A stretch of DNA of 43,394 nucleotides from Actinomycetota bacterium (lineage in GTDB: Bacteria; Actinomycetota; UBA4738; CALAEC01), in the NCBI GenBank assembly GCA_050693275.1, contig JBOGWD010000229.1:1-43394 (forward strand). The letters run 5' to 3'. Shown here one piece after another: positions 9,692-17,029 of this stretch; position 1 is the stretch's first letter, and every line of letters starts with the position of its first letter. Position numbers and translations under genes: made by a program. The notes under the pieces were generated by a model. The model was not told where the DNA came from. It worked only from the letters and a program-made list of their open reading frames with translations, and made no database searches.

Positions 9692-10753
9692 TCAAGTCTC
9701 GCGACCGGCGGGGTCCCTCCTGGTGAGCAACGCCCCGTAGAGCGTGAGCCCCGGTCCGAAGGCCACGCAGACCACGTGATCGCCCTCCCGGAGCGGTTGA
9801 CGCTCCAGGAGCCGCTGCAGCACGAGCAGCACCGTCGGTGAGGAGCAATTGCCGAAGTCGCGGAGGACCGACCTGGAGGGCTCGAGCTCGGCCTCGCCGA
9901 GCCCCAACGGCGCGGCAACGGCCTCGAGGATCCTCGGGCCCCCGGGATGGACCGCCCACCCGGCGACCTCCTCCGGAGACAGGCCGTGCCGGGCCAGCAG
10001 GGAGTCGACCAGAGGGCCGGCGTGGCGCTCGAGAACCTCGGGGATCTCCCGGCCCAGGCCCATCCGGAAGCCCCGGTCGGTGACGTCCCACTTCATGAGT
10101 CCCGCGCTCTGAGGGTCCGTGCGGGCGGCGACGTCGACGACCTCGAGCCCCGGCCCTCCCGGTCGAACCGCGACGGCCGCGGCAGCGTCGGAGAACAGCG
10201 AGTGAGCGATGATCTGATCGACCTCGTGGTCCTGGTCCTGGACGTGGAGACTGCACAGCTCGAGGCACAGGAGGAGACCCGTCTTCCTCCGGGCGGTGGC
10301 CGCATCCGCCAGGGTGGCCAGCGCGGGGAGAGCCGCGTAGCAGCCCATGTGGCCGACATGGAGACGCTGCGTATCCTCGGCCAGACCGAGCTCCCGCGCG
10401 AGCAGGATGTCCAAGCCCGGTGTGGCGTACCCCGTGCACGTGACCACGGTGAGGGCGCCCACCTCCCGGGGCGCCAGCCGTGCCTGGTCAATGCACGCGC
10501 TGAGCGCTTCGCGGCCGAGCGGGACGGCCTCCTCCAGGAACCGCTCCATCCTGGCCGCCGTTCCCCATCCCCGAACGTCCTCCTTCCAGGGGATGGCCAC
10601 ACCGTGTCGAGTGGTGACGCCCGACCGCCGCCACAGCCGCTCCGCCAGGCGGTCACCTCGATACTGCTCGGCGAAGAACCCCTCCCACACCTCCTCCTGG
10701 GAGACCGCGGTGGGGACCGCCGAGCCGAGCCCGGCGATCACGGCCGCTACCAC
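9692..10753 (-). CDS. Type III polyketide synthase (chalcone/stilbene synthase superfamily), about 353 aa
   Basis: Cys-His-Asn triad: GHMGCYAA (Cys codon 10340-10342), WAVHPGGP, FGNCSSP. I chose GTG 10753, which overlaps the upstream stop (10747-10749), rather than the track start 10975, whose 74-aa extension is R/G/P-rich. Confidence 0.9.
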   Translation of the reverse strand: MVAAVIAGLGSAVPTAVSQEEVWEGFFAEQYRGDRLAERLWRRSGVTTRHGVAIPWKEDVRGWGTAARMERFLEEAVPLGREALSACIDQARLAPREVGALTVVTCTGYATPGLDILLARELGLAEDTQRLHVGHMGCYAALPALATLADAATARRKTGLLLCLELCSLHVQDQDHEVDQIIAHSLFSDAAAAVAVRPGGPGLEVVDVAARTDPQSAGLMKWDVTDRGFRMGLGREIPEVLERHAGPLVDSLLARHGLSPEEVAGWAVHPGGPRILEAVAAPLGLGEAELEPSRSVLRDFGNCSSPTVLLVLQRLLERQPLREGDHVVCVAFGPGLTLYGALLTRRDPAGRET

Positions 10754-11934
10754 GGTTTCACCCCCTCCGCTCCCTCGACCCCCAGGGCCATCGCCCCCAG
10801 ATAGTCCCCGGACACGTCGCTGGACGGCGGCATGATCGCCGCGCTTCGGGCGTCCCTGAGGATCCGCTCCAGGGGGAGTCCCCGCCGAAGGGCGCCGAGC
10901 CCGCACGCCTCGGTCATGCTTGCCGCAACGCTCATGGCCACGTCTCCTGCCAGGAGCTTGGCCCGGTACGTCCACCGGTTCGTCTCTGGGTCACCGGGCC
11001 GCAGGTCGACCAGTCGGGCGGCTCGCTCCAGTGTCAACCGGGCGGCCTGGACCTCGGCCTCCGCTCGGCCGACCCGCTGCCGCACGGCGGCCAGTCGGGC
11101 CAGCCCTCCGCGCTCGTCGCCCACGCGCCGCCCTCGCAGGTACGACACGGCCTCTCGGACGGCGGCCTCGGCCAATCCCACGTACACCGCGGCGTATGAG
11201 GCGACGAGCCACTGGGGCATCCCGTAGGCGAGCGGGAGCACCAGGCCCTCCACCCCTCCCAGGAGCCCGTCATCCGAGACCCAGACATCGAGCTCCAGGC
11301 CGTTGCTGGCCGTGGCTCGCATCCCCAGCGGATCCCACGACCCGTCGACCCGGAGCCCCTCTCCGGCCGGAACCAGGAAGTAGGAGATGACCGGTGCGTC
11401 ATCGGAGGAGCCGGCCCGGCGGGCGGCCACGAGGTAGGCGTCGAGATGCCCCGCCCCCGAGCAGAAGCTCTTCGTCCCTCGGATCCGATAGCCCGCGCCC
11501 TCGGGCTCGTACGTGGATCGCAGCGCCGAGAGGCGGGAGCCGGCCTGTGGTTCGGTGATGGCCACCCCGTACATGGCCCCCTCCGCGGCGGCACGGAGGA
11601 TCCGATCGCGGGACTCGAAGAACACCTCCGTCGTGCCGAAGCCCCTGGCCACCTCATCGGGGATCGACGCCAGCCCGCCGGTGACCGACGCGTGCATGTT
11701 GAAGATCAGCGCGGTCGAGGCGTTGCCTCCGGCGAGCGCCACGGCCACCCGCACGTAGTCCTCGAACCCGGCCCCCATCCCCCCGAGCCGGGCCGGGACC
11801 AGAAGGCCCAGGAGGCCGTCCTCCCGCAGTTCCTCGACGTCGCGTTCGGGGAACGCGGCCTCCTCGTCGTATCGGGCCGCCCGGGAGGCCATCCGCTCGG
11901 CGAGCCGCTCCGCCTTCCCCAGGGCGTCCGTCAC
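10747..11934 (-). CDS. Acyl-CoA dehydrogenase-fold flavoprotein (possibly an ACAD-fold oxygenase), about 395 aa
   Basis: ACAD N/M/C domain pattern (LGLLVPARLGGMG...AITEPQAGS...GTKSFCSGAGH...). The C-terminal RDAR...IMPPSSDV replaces the canonical IYEGT catalytic-base motif. GTG 11934 overlaps the methyltransferase stop (GTGA). Confidence 0.8.
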   Translation of the reverse strand: MTDALGKAERLAERMASRAARYDEEAAFPERDVEELREDGLLGLLVPARLGGMGAGFEDYVRVAVALAGGNASTALIFNMHASVTGGLASIPDEVARGFGTTEVFFESRDRILRAAAEGAMYGVAITEPQAGSRLSALRSTYEPEGAGYRIRGTKSFCSGAGHLDAYLVAARRAGSSDDAPVISYFLVPAGEGLRVDGSWDPLGMRATASNGLELDVWVSDDGLLGGVEGLVLPLAYGMPQWLVASYAAVYVGLAEAAVREAVSYLRGRRVGDERGGLARLAAVRQRVGRAEAEVQAARLTLERAARLVDLRPGDPETNRWTYRAKLLAGDVAMSVAASMTEACGLGALRRGLPLERILRDARSAAIMPPSSDVSGDYLGAMALGVEGAEGVKPW

Positions 11935-12638
11935 GAGGTCTTCCTTCCCACTCCCTGGTAGACCGATGCCAGCGACCGGGTGGGCAGCATGCGGACCGAC
12001 CCACGTCGCCCGAGGAGGAACGCCAGGTAGTCGCGGAGGGACGGCCGCAGGCCGCGGACCCGGACACGGAGTCCATGCCGGCCGAGGAGGCGGGCGATGC
12101 GGCGGGGCCGAACGAACAGCGAGGGATCGTGGATCCGGCTGGGCGGCCCGCCCGGGACTCGCTCCCCGACGACCACCAGCGAGAGCCGGGACCACATCGT
12201 GTCGTTGATGGTGTCGAAGACCAGGACACCGTCCGGGCGGAGGACCCGAGCGATCTCCGCGATGACCCGGGGCAGGTCGGGGACGTGCTCGAAGAGCTCT
12301 CCGGCCACCACGACGTCCGCGGTGCGGTCACGAAGGGGGAGGGCCGCCGCATCGGCTCGCACTGGGACCACGCCATGACTCGCGGCGACGCGGAGCGACG
12401 GCGCCGAGAGGTCGACCCCGACATGACGGTACTGGGCGAGGTGGGTGGCCAGGAGACCACCGCCGCAGCCGATGTCCACGAGCGTGAGTCCCCGGCGTGC
12501 CGGAGCGGGGATCAGGTCAGCCCGAGCGTCCGCCAACCAGTGGAGGGCGGCCAAGGACCCCTTCGGGTTCCACCACTCGCCGGCCAGCCGGTCGTACTGC
12601 CTGGGATCGTTCCGCGCGGGCATCCTCACTCGTGGCAT
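11931..12638 (-). CDS. UbiG-like class I SAM-dependent methyltransferase
   Basis: N-terminal WWNPKGSLAALH motif, as in UbiG-type enzymes. Motif I is LVDIGCGGGLL, followed by ELFEHVPD...LRPDGVL. A GGAGGG Shine-Dalgarno lies 6 nt upstream of ATG 12638. Confidence 0.8.
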   Translation of the reverse strand: MPRVRMPARNDPRQYDRLAGEWWNPKGSLAALHWLADARADLIPAPARRGLTLVDIGCGGGLLATHLAQYRHVGVDLSAPSLRVAASHGVVPVRADAAALPLRDRTADVVVAGELFEHVPDLPRVIAEIARVLRPDGVLVFDTINDTMWSRLSLVVVGERVPGGPPSRIHDPSLFVRPRRIARLLGRHGLRVRVRGLRPSLRDYLAFLLGRRGSVRMLPTRSLASVYQGVGRKTS

Positions 12639-12701
12639 CCGCTGCCCTCCGCATACCCTGGCACGTTTCTCGCCTCACCGGAGACGCGATCCGCCTCCGA
12701 G

Positions 12702-13754
12702 TCAGGAGGTTCGCAGCACGACGAGTCGGTCGGCTCCCGACTCGGCTCCCCAGATCTCGCCGGTGCGGCCCAGCAGTTGCCGTACCTCCGCGCCCGGGGT
12801 GGGGAACCGGAAGACCCGAAAGCGTTCCGCGTTCGGATCGAACCGAACCAACGCGTTTGCGCCGAAGTCGGTGACCCAGACGACGTCCTCGTCGTCGACG
12901 AACACCGCGTACGGCTGGGGGTCGCTCCCCGGCAGCCGCCACTCGCGCCACGTTCGACGTGCGGGATCGTAGCGCGCCAGCTTCCCAGCGAACCACTCGG
13001 TGATCCACAGCCGGCCGAGGGCATCGCTCCAGATGCGCCGGGCGCCGCCGCCCGGCGTCGGCACGTCCACCAACGCGAGGCGGCCATCGGAGGAGCGGAT
13101 CCGGCCGATGTAGCTCCCCGCCAGGGAGGCCAGCCACACCGTGCCGTCGGGGGTGACCGTGATCCCGTAGGGGCCCTCGCCCCGCGGCGCGCCAAAGACC
13201 TCGACCCTCCTCGTCTCCGGATCGACCCGTCCGTAGACACCGCTCTGGCCGGTGAACCAGAGGATCCCGCCACCGTCGACGGCCGCCGTGTTCAGGTTGG
13301 CGTACCCGGGCTCCGGCAGCGGGAACCGTGCCACCTCGAGACTCTGCCGGTCGACCCGCACGATCGCGTTGAGCCCGCCATCGGTGATCCAGGGGTCCCC
13401 GTCGGGGCCGACGATGACGCCGTGCGGAGTCGATCCGGGGCCGAGCGCGACGTGACGGGTCCTCCGGGTGGCCGGGTCGAGCACGCCGAGCTCGCCCGAT
13501 CCCTGCGCCGTGTACCAGACACGGCCGTCGGGAGCCGGAGCGACGTCATGAGGGTGGGAACCGACGGGGACGGGATACTCCCGGAACGAGGGCCCGATCC
13601 TCGGCGTCGTGGTGTCGGTCGGCGAGGTCGTCGCTTCCGGCGTCACCACCGTGGGGGCGTCTCGGGACCGCGGGGGAGGGGGCGAGGAGTTGCAGGCGAC
13701 GGTGGCCAGCAGGATGCAGGCGGCCATCACTCGCCTTGGGCCGCGGACGGGCAT
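12702..13754 (-). CDS. Vgb (virginiamycin B lyase)-like beta-propeller protein, predicted lipoprotein
   Basis: Repeated blades of the form GPxGIxxGPDGxxWxTxxxxxxIxRxDP. The N-terminus MPVRGPRRVMAACILLATVAC carries a lipobox. ATG 13754 (or 13727) is chosen over the track start 14057. Confidence 0.7.
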   Translation of the reverse strand: MPVRGPRRVMAACILLATVACNSSPPPPRSRDAPTVVTPEATTSPTDTTTPRIGPSFREYPVPVGSHPHDVAPAPDGRVWYTAQGSGELGVLDPATRRTRHVALGPGSTPHGVIVGPDGDPWITDGGLNAIVRVDRQSLEVARFPLPEPGYANLNTAAVDGGGILWFTGQSGVYGRVDPETRRVEVFGAPRGEGPYGITVTPDGTVWLASLAGSYIGRIRSSDGRLALVDVPTPGGGARRIWSDALGRLWITEWFAGKLARYDPARRTWREWRLPGSDPQPYAVFVDDEDVVWVTDFGANALVRFDPNAERFRVFRFPTPGAEVRQLLGRTGEIWGAESGADRLVVLRTS

Positions 13755-13853
13755 GGTCTCGTCAGTGTGCCATCCCGTGCACACGAGGGGGCGATCCGCG
13801 CAGGCACCGCGGTCCCCGGCCGGCCGGTGCGGTTCACCCGGGGGGCCTCGTCG

Positions 13854-13859
13854 TAGAAT
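13854..13859 (+). promoter_or_regulatory. Candidate -10 hexamer TAGAAT for a (near-)leaderless holA
   Basis: A TANNNT hexamer ends 10 nt before GTG 13870. No Shine-Dalgarno lies in between. Confidence 0.35.
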
Positions 13860-13869
13860 CCGCGCGACC

Positions 13870-14841
13870 GTGAGCTCCGACGCCGCGCCCGTCCTCGTGC
13901 TGTGGGGCGACAGCTCCTTCCTCCTCCGGCGCGCCGCGATGGAGGCTTTCGGCGAGGTCCACCCCGTCGAGCTGGACGGGTCCGACTGGAGCCCCGGCTC
14001 CACGGCCGACCTGGCCACGCCGTCACTGTTCGGCGAGCAGCGGGGGCTGATGATCACCGCGGCCCAGGCGCTGCCTCGGGACGGCCTGGCCGAGATGGCC
14101 CGCTACGCCTCCGCGCCCGCCCCCGGCGCGAGGCTCGTGTTGGCCTTCGAGGTCGGAGCCCGGGCCAAGGGACCGCCCCGGGCCGCCCTGAAGGCCCTGG
14201 GCGACGCCGTGGAGGTTCGCCGGGTGGCCCTGGAGCGCCGGGACCTCCCCGAGTGGGTGCGCGGCCGGGCGGAGGCCCGGGGGATCCCCGCCACCCCGCA
14301 GGGCATCCAGACGCTGATCCAGACCCTCGGCGAGGATCCCGGCGTCCTCGATCAGGCCGTGGAGCAGCTGGCGGGCTCCCACCCCGGAGACGGCGTGATC
14401 CCCCAGACGGTGACGGCCCAGTTCCGGGGCCTGGGAGACCGCCGGATCTGGGAGCTGTGCGACGCGGCGTTCGGGGGCGACGTCCCCACGGCCATGCGGG
14501 CCCTGGTGGGGATGCTCGATGCGGGGGAGGAGCCGCTGGTGCTCCTCGGCGGGATCGCCTCACGGCTGCGCGATCTGATCCGGGTCCGATCGCTCCCCCC
14601 GAGGACCCCCCTGGCCCAGGTGGCCCGGCAGGCCGGGTTGCGGTTCGACTGGCAGGCCAGACGCTATCGGGACCAGGCCCGGCGGTTCACCCCGGACGGG
14701 CTGGCCCGGCTCCATGCCGAGCTCGTCGGGGCCGACCAGGCCCTGAAGCAGGGGGGCAGCGGCGAGACGGTGCTGACGACGGTGGTCAGCAGGATCGCCG
14801 TGCAGGAGGAGCGGCGGCCGGCACCGGCGGGTCGCCGCTGA
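13870..14841 (+). CDS. holA: DNA polymerase III delta subunit
   Basis: About 323 aa. The N-terminus PVLVLWGDSSFLLRRA and the conserved delta-subunit layout are present. The position next to rpsT is conserved in bacteria. The upstream part of track ORF 13609 is an R/G-rich extension. Confidence 0.8.
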   Translation: MSSDAAPVLVLWGDSSFLLRRAAMEAFGEVHPVELDGSDWSPGSTADLATPSLFGEQRGLMITAAQALPRDGLAEMARYASAPAPGARLVLAFEVGARAKGPPRAALKALGDAVEVRRVALERRDLPEWVRGRAEARGIPATPQGIQTLIQTLGEDPGVLDQAVEQLAGSHPGDGVIPQTVTAQFRGLGDRRIWELCDAAFGGDVPTAMRALVGMLDAGEEPLVLLGGIASRLRDLIRVRSLPPRTPLAQVARQAGLRFDWQARRYRDQARRFTPDGLARLHAELVGADQALKQGGSGETVLTTVVSRIAVQEERRPAPAGRR

Positions 14842-14856
14842 ACGGGCTGGAGCCGG

Positions 14857-15123
14857 CTAGGAGGAGGAACGGGCCGCCTGGCGGGCCAGCCTGGACTTGC
14901 GGCGCGCGGCCGTGCGCCTGTGGATCACGCCCTTGGACGCGGCCCGGTCGAGGAGCCGGGCGGTGCTCCGGAGCTGCGACGAGGCGGCCTCGGCGTCCCC
15001 GCTCTCGGCCGTCGTCCGGACCTTCTTGGCCTCGGTCTTGAGCCGGGACCGGACGGCCTTGTTCCGCTCCTCGTGCCGCTGGTTCTGGCGGTTCCGCTTG
15101 ATCTGCGACTTGATGTTGGCCAC
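14857..15123 (-). CDS. rpsT: 30S ribosomal protein S20
   Basis: VANIKSQIKRNRQNQRHEERNKAVRSRLKT... is a typical S20. It corresponds to only the last 88 codons of the 516-aa track ORF. GTG start at 15123. Confidence 0.9.
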   Translation of the reverse strand: MANIKSQIKRNRQNQRHEERNKAVRSRLKTEAKKVRTTAESGDAEAASSQLRSTARLLDRAASKGVIHRRTAARRKSRLARQAARSSS

Positions 15124-15131
15124 GGCGGGCC

Positions 15132-15137
15132 AGTCTA
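15132..15137 (-). promoter_or_regulatory. Candidate -10 hexamer TAGACT for leaderless rpsT
   Basis: On the minus strand, TAGACT ends 8 nt before GTG 15123. There is no Shine-Dalgarno. Confidence 0.35.
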
Positions 15138-15150
15138 GCACCGGCCCCGA

Positions 15151-15156
15151 TACGAT
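15151..15156 (+). promoter_or_regulatory. Candidate -10 hexamer TACGAT for leaderless lepA
   Basis: TACGAT ends 6 nt before GTG 15163. There is no Shine-Dalgarno. Confidence 0.4.
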
Positions 15157-15162
15157 GACCGC

Positions 15163-16971
15163 GTGACCGACCCTTCGCGGATCCGCAACTTCGCCATCAT
15201 CAGCCACATCGACCACGGCAAGTCGACGCTGGCCGACCGGTTCCTGGATCTCACCCACGCCGTCCCCGAGCGGCTGATGCGGGAGCAGTACCTGGACCGG
15301 ATGGACCTGGAGCGGGAGCGGGGGATCACCATCAAGGCCCAGGCGGTCCGGCTCCTCCACGAGCACGGCGGGTCCGAGTTCGAGCTGAACCTGATCGACA
15401 CGCCCGGCCACGTGGACTTCACCTACGAGGTCTCCCGGGCCCTGGCCGCGTGCGAGGGGGCCATCCTGCTGGTCGACGCGTCCCAGGGGATCGAGGCCCA
15501 GACCCTGGCCAACCATCACCTGGCCGAGGAGGCCGGGCTGACCGTCATCCCGGCCGTCAACAAGATCGACCTCCCGGCGGCGGACGTGCCCGAGGCCGTC
15601 CGGGAGATCGCCGAGCTGTCCGGGGTGGAGGAGGACCTGGTCCTGCGGATCTCGGCCAAGACGGGCCAGGGGGTTCCCCAGCTGCTGGCGGCGGTGATCG
15701 ACCGGGTCCCGACGCCCCGGGGGGATCCCGACGGTCCAGCCCGGGCCCTGATCTTCGACTCCGCCTTCGACGCCTACCGCGGCGTGGTGGCCTACGTCCG
15801 GGTGGTCGACGGCGAGCTCCGGGGCCGGGCCCGGATCCGGATGATGGCCACCGGCCTGGAGTCCGAGGCCGAGGAGGTCGGGGCGTTCGCCCCCGAGGCG
15901 GTTCCGGTCGAGCGGCTCGGCGTCGGCGAGGTGGGCTACCTCGTGGTGGGGGAGAAGGACGTGCGCCGGGCCAAGGTCGGCGACACCGTCACCTCGGTCG
16001 AGCGCGGGGCCACGGAGGCCCTCCCCGGCTACCGCGAGCCGAAGCCGATGGTATGGAGCGGGCTGTACCCGCTGGAGGGCGGGGACTACCCGGCGCTGCG
16101 GGCGGCGCTGGACAAGCTCCGCCTCTCCGACGCGGCCCTGGTCTACGAGCCCGAGTCGTCGAGGGCGCTCGGGTTCGGGTTCCGCTGCGGCTTCCTGGGG
16201 CTCCTGCACATGGACATCGTCAGGGAGCGCCTGGAGCGGGAGTTCGACCTCTCGCTCCTGTCGACGGCCCCCAACGTCGAGTTCCGGGTCCACCGGGGCG
16301 CCGAGGTCGCCGAGGTCCACAACCCGTCGGAGATGCCGCCGGCCGGCACGTACGACCGCGTCGAGGAACCGGTGGTCATGGCCACCGTGATCACCCCGGC
16401 TGCGCATCTCGGCCCGGTGATGGAGCTGTGCCAGGCGCGGCGCGGCTCGCTCGAGGAGATGAGGTACCTATCGCCCGAGCGGGTCGAGCTCCGCTACCGG
16501 CTGCCGCTGGCCGAGATCATCTTCGACTTCTTCGACCAGCTGAAGTCGCGGACACGCGGCTACGCGTCGCTCGACTACGAGCACTGGGGCTATCAGGAGG
16601 CCGACCTGGTCCGCGTGGACGTCCTCCTCCACGCCGAGCCGGTGGACGCGTTCAGCGCGGTGGTCCACCGGGACAAGGCTCAGCAGTACGGCCGGCAGCT
16701 GGTGGAGCGGTTGCGCCAGCTGATCCCCCGCCAGCTGTTCGACGTGGCCATCCAGGCGGCCATCGGCTCCCGCATCGTGGCCCGGGAGACCGTGAAGGCC
16801 AGGCGGAAGGACGTCCTGGCCAAATGCTACGGGGGCGACGTGACCAGGAAGCGGAAGCTCCTGGAGAAGCAGAAGGCCGGCAAGCAGCGGATGCGCCGGG
16901 TGGGGAAGGTCGACGTCCCCCACGAGGCCTTCATCGCCGCGCTCCGGGCCGAACAGGAGAGGGGACGATGA
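15163..16971 (+). CDS. lepA: Elongation factor 4 (translational GTPase LepA)
   Basis: G1 motif [20 protein letters not shown] and NKID motifs, and the LepA-specific C-terminal domain (...[22 protein letters not shown]). Confidence 0.97.
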   Translation: MTDPSRIRNFAIISHIDHGKSTLADRFLDLTHAVPERLMREQYLDRMDLERERGITIKAQAVRLLHEHGGSEFELNLIDTPGHVDFTYEVSRALAACEGAILLVDASQGIEAQTLANHHLAEEAGLTVIPAVNKIDLPAADVPEAVREIAELSGVEEDLVLRISAKTGQGVPQLLAAVIDRVPTPRGDPDGPARALIFDSAFDAYRGVVAYVRVVDGELRGRARIRMMATGLESEAEEVGAFAPEAVPVERLGVGEVGYLVVGEKDVRRAKVGDTVTSVERGATEALPGYREPKPMVWSGLYPLEGGDYPALRAALDKLRLSDAALVYEPESSRALGFGFRCGFLGLLHMDIVRERLEREFDLSLLSTAPNVEFRVHRGAEVAEVHNPSEMPPAGTYDRVEEPVVMATVITPAAHLGPVMELCQARRGSLEEMRYLSPERVELRYRLPLAEIIFDFFDQLKSRTRGYASLDYEHWGYQEADLVRVDVLLHAEPVDAFSAVVHRDKAQQYGRQLVERLRQLIPRQLFDVAIQAAIGSRIVARETVKARRKDVLAKCYGGDVTRKRKLLEKQKAGKQRMRRVGKVDVPHEAFIAALRAEQERGR

Positions 16972-16991
16972 CGCCGGCCCGGCACGAGGTG

Positions 16992-17018
16992 CTAGCACTC
17001 TCGCCCTGAGAGTGCTAA
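16992..17018. promoter_or_regulatory. CIRCE operator (HrcA binding site)
   Basis: CTAGCACTC-N9-GAGTGCTAA matches the TTAGCACTC-N9-GAGTGCTAA consensus at 17 of 18 arm positions. It lies 12 nt upstream of the hrcA ATG. Confidence 0.9.
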
Positions 17019-17029
17019 AAGAGAGAGGG

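Noticed and set aside
9681-9700. GCGATTCAAGTCTCGC resembling a tRNA T-loop (TTCAAGT)
   Set aside because: The flanking bases do not form a 5-bp T-stem, no acceptor or anticodon arms can be drawn, and the site lies within the 3' end of the PKS gene.
12075-13856. A 593-aa plus-strand ORF spanning the UbiG-like methyltransferase and Vgb-like genes
   Set aside because: It is antisense to two genes with clear family motifs. Its composition is dominated by R/G/P/D, and it has no recognisable domain and no ribosome-binding site.
14857-16407. A 516-aa minus-strand ORF
   Set aside because: Only its last 88 codons (14857-15123) encode S20. The rest is the antisense shadow of lepA, joined by the absence of a stop.
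17012-17029. The track start of hrcA at 17012
   Set aside because: It lies inside the right arm of CIRCE. ATG 17030 has a purine-rich Shine-Dalgarno and gives the conserved N-terminus.
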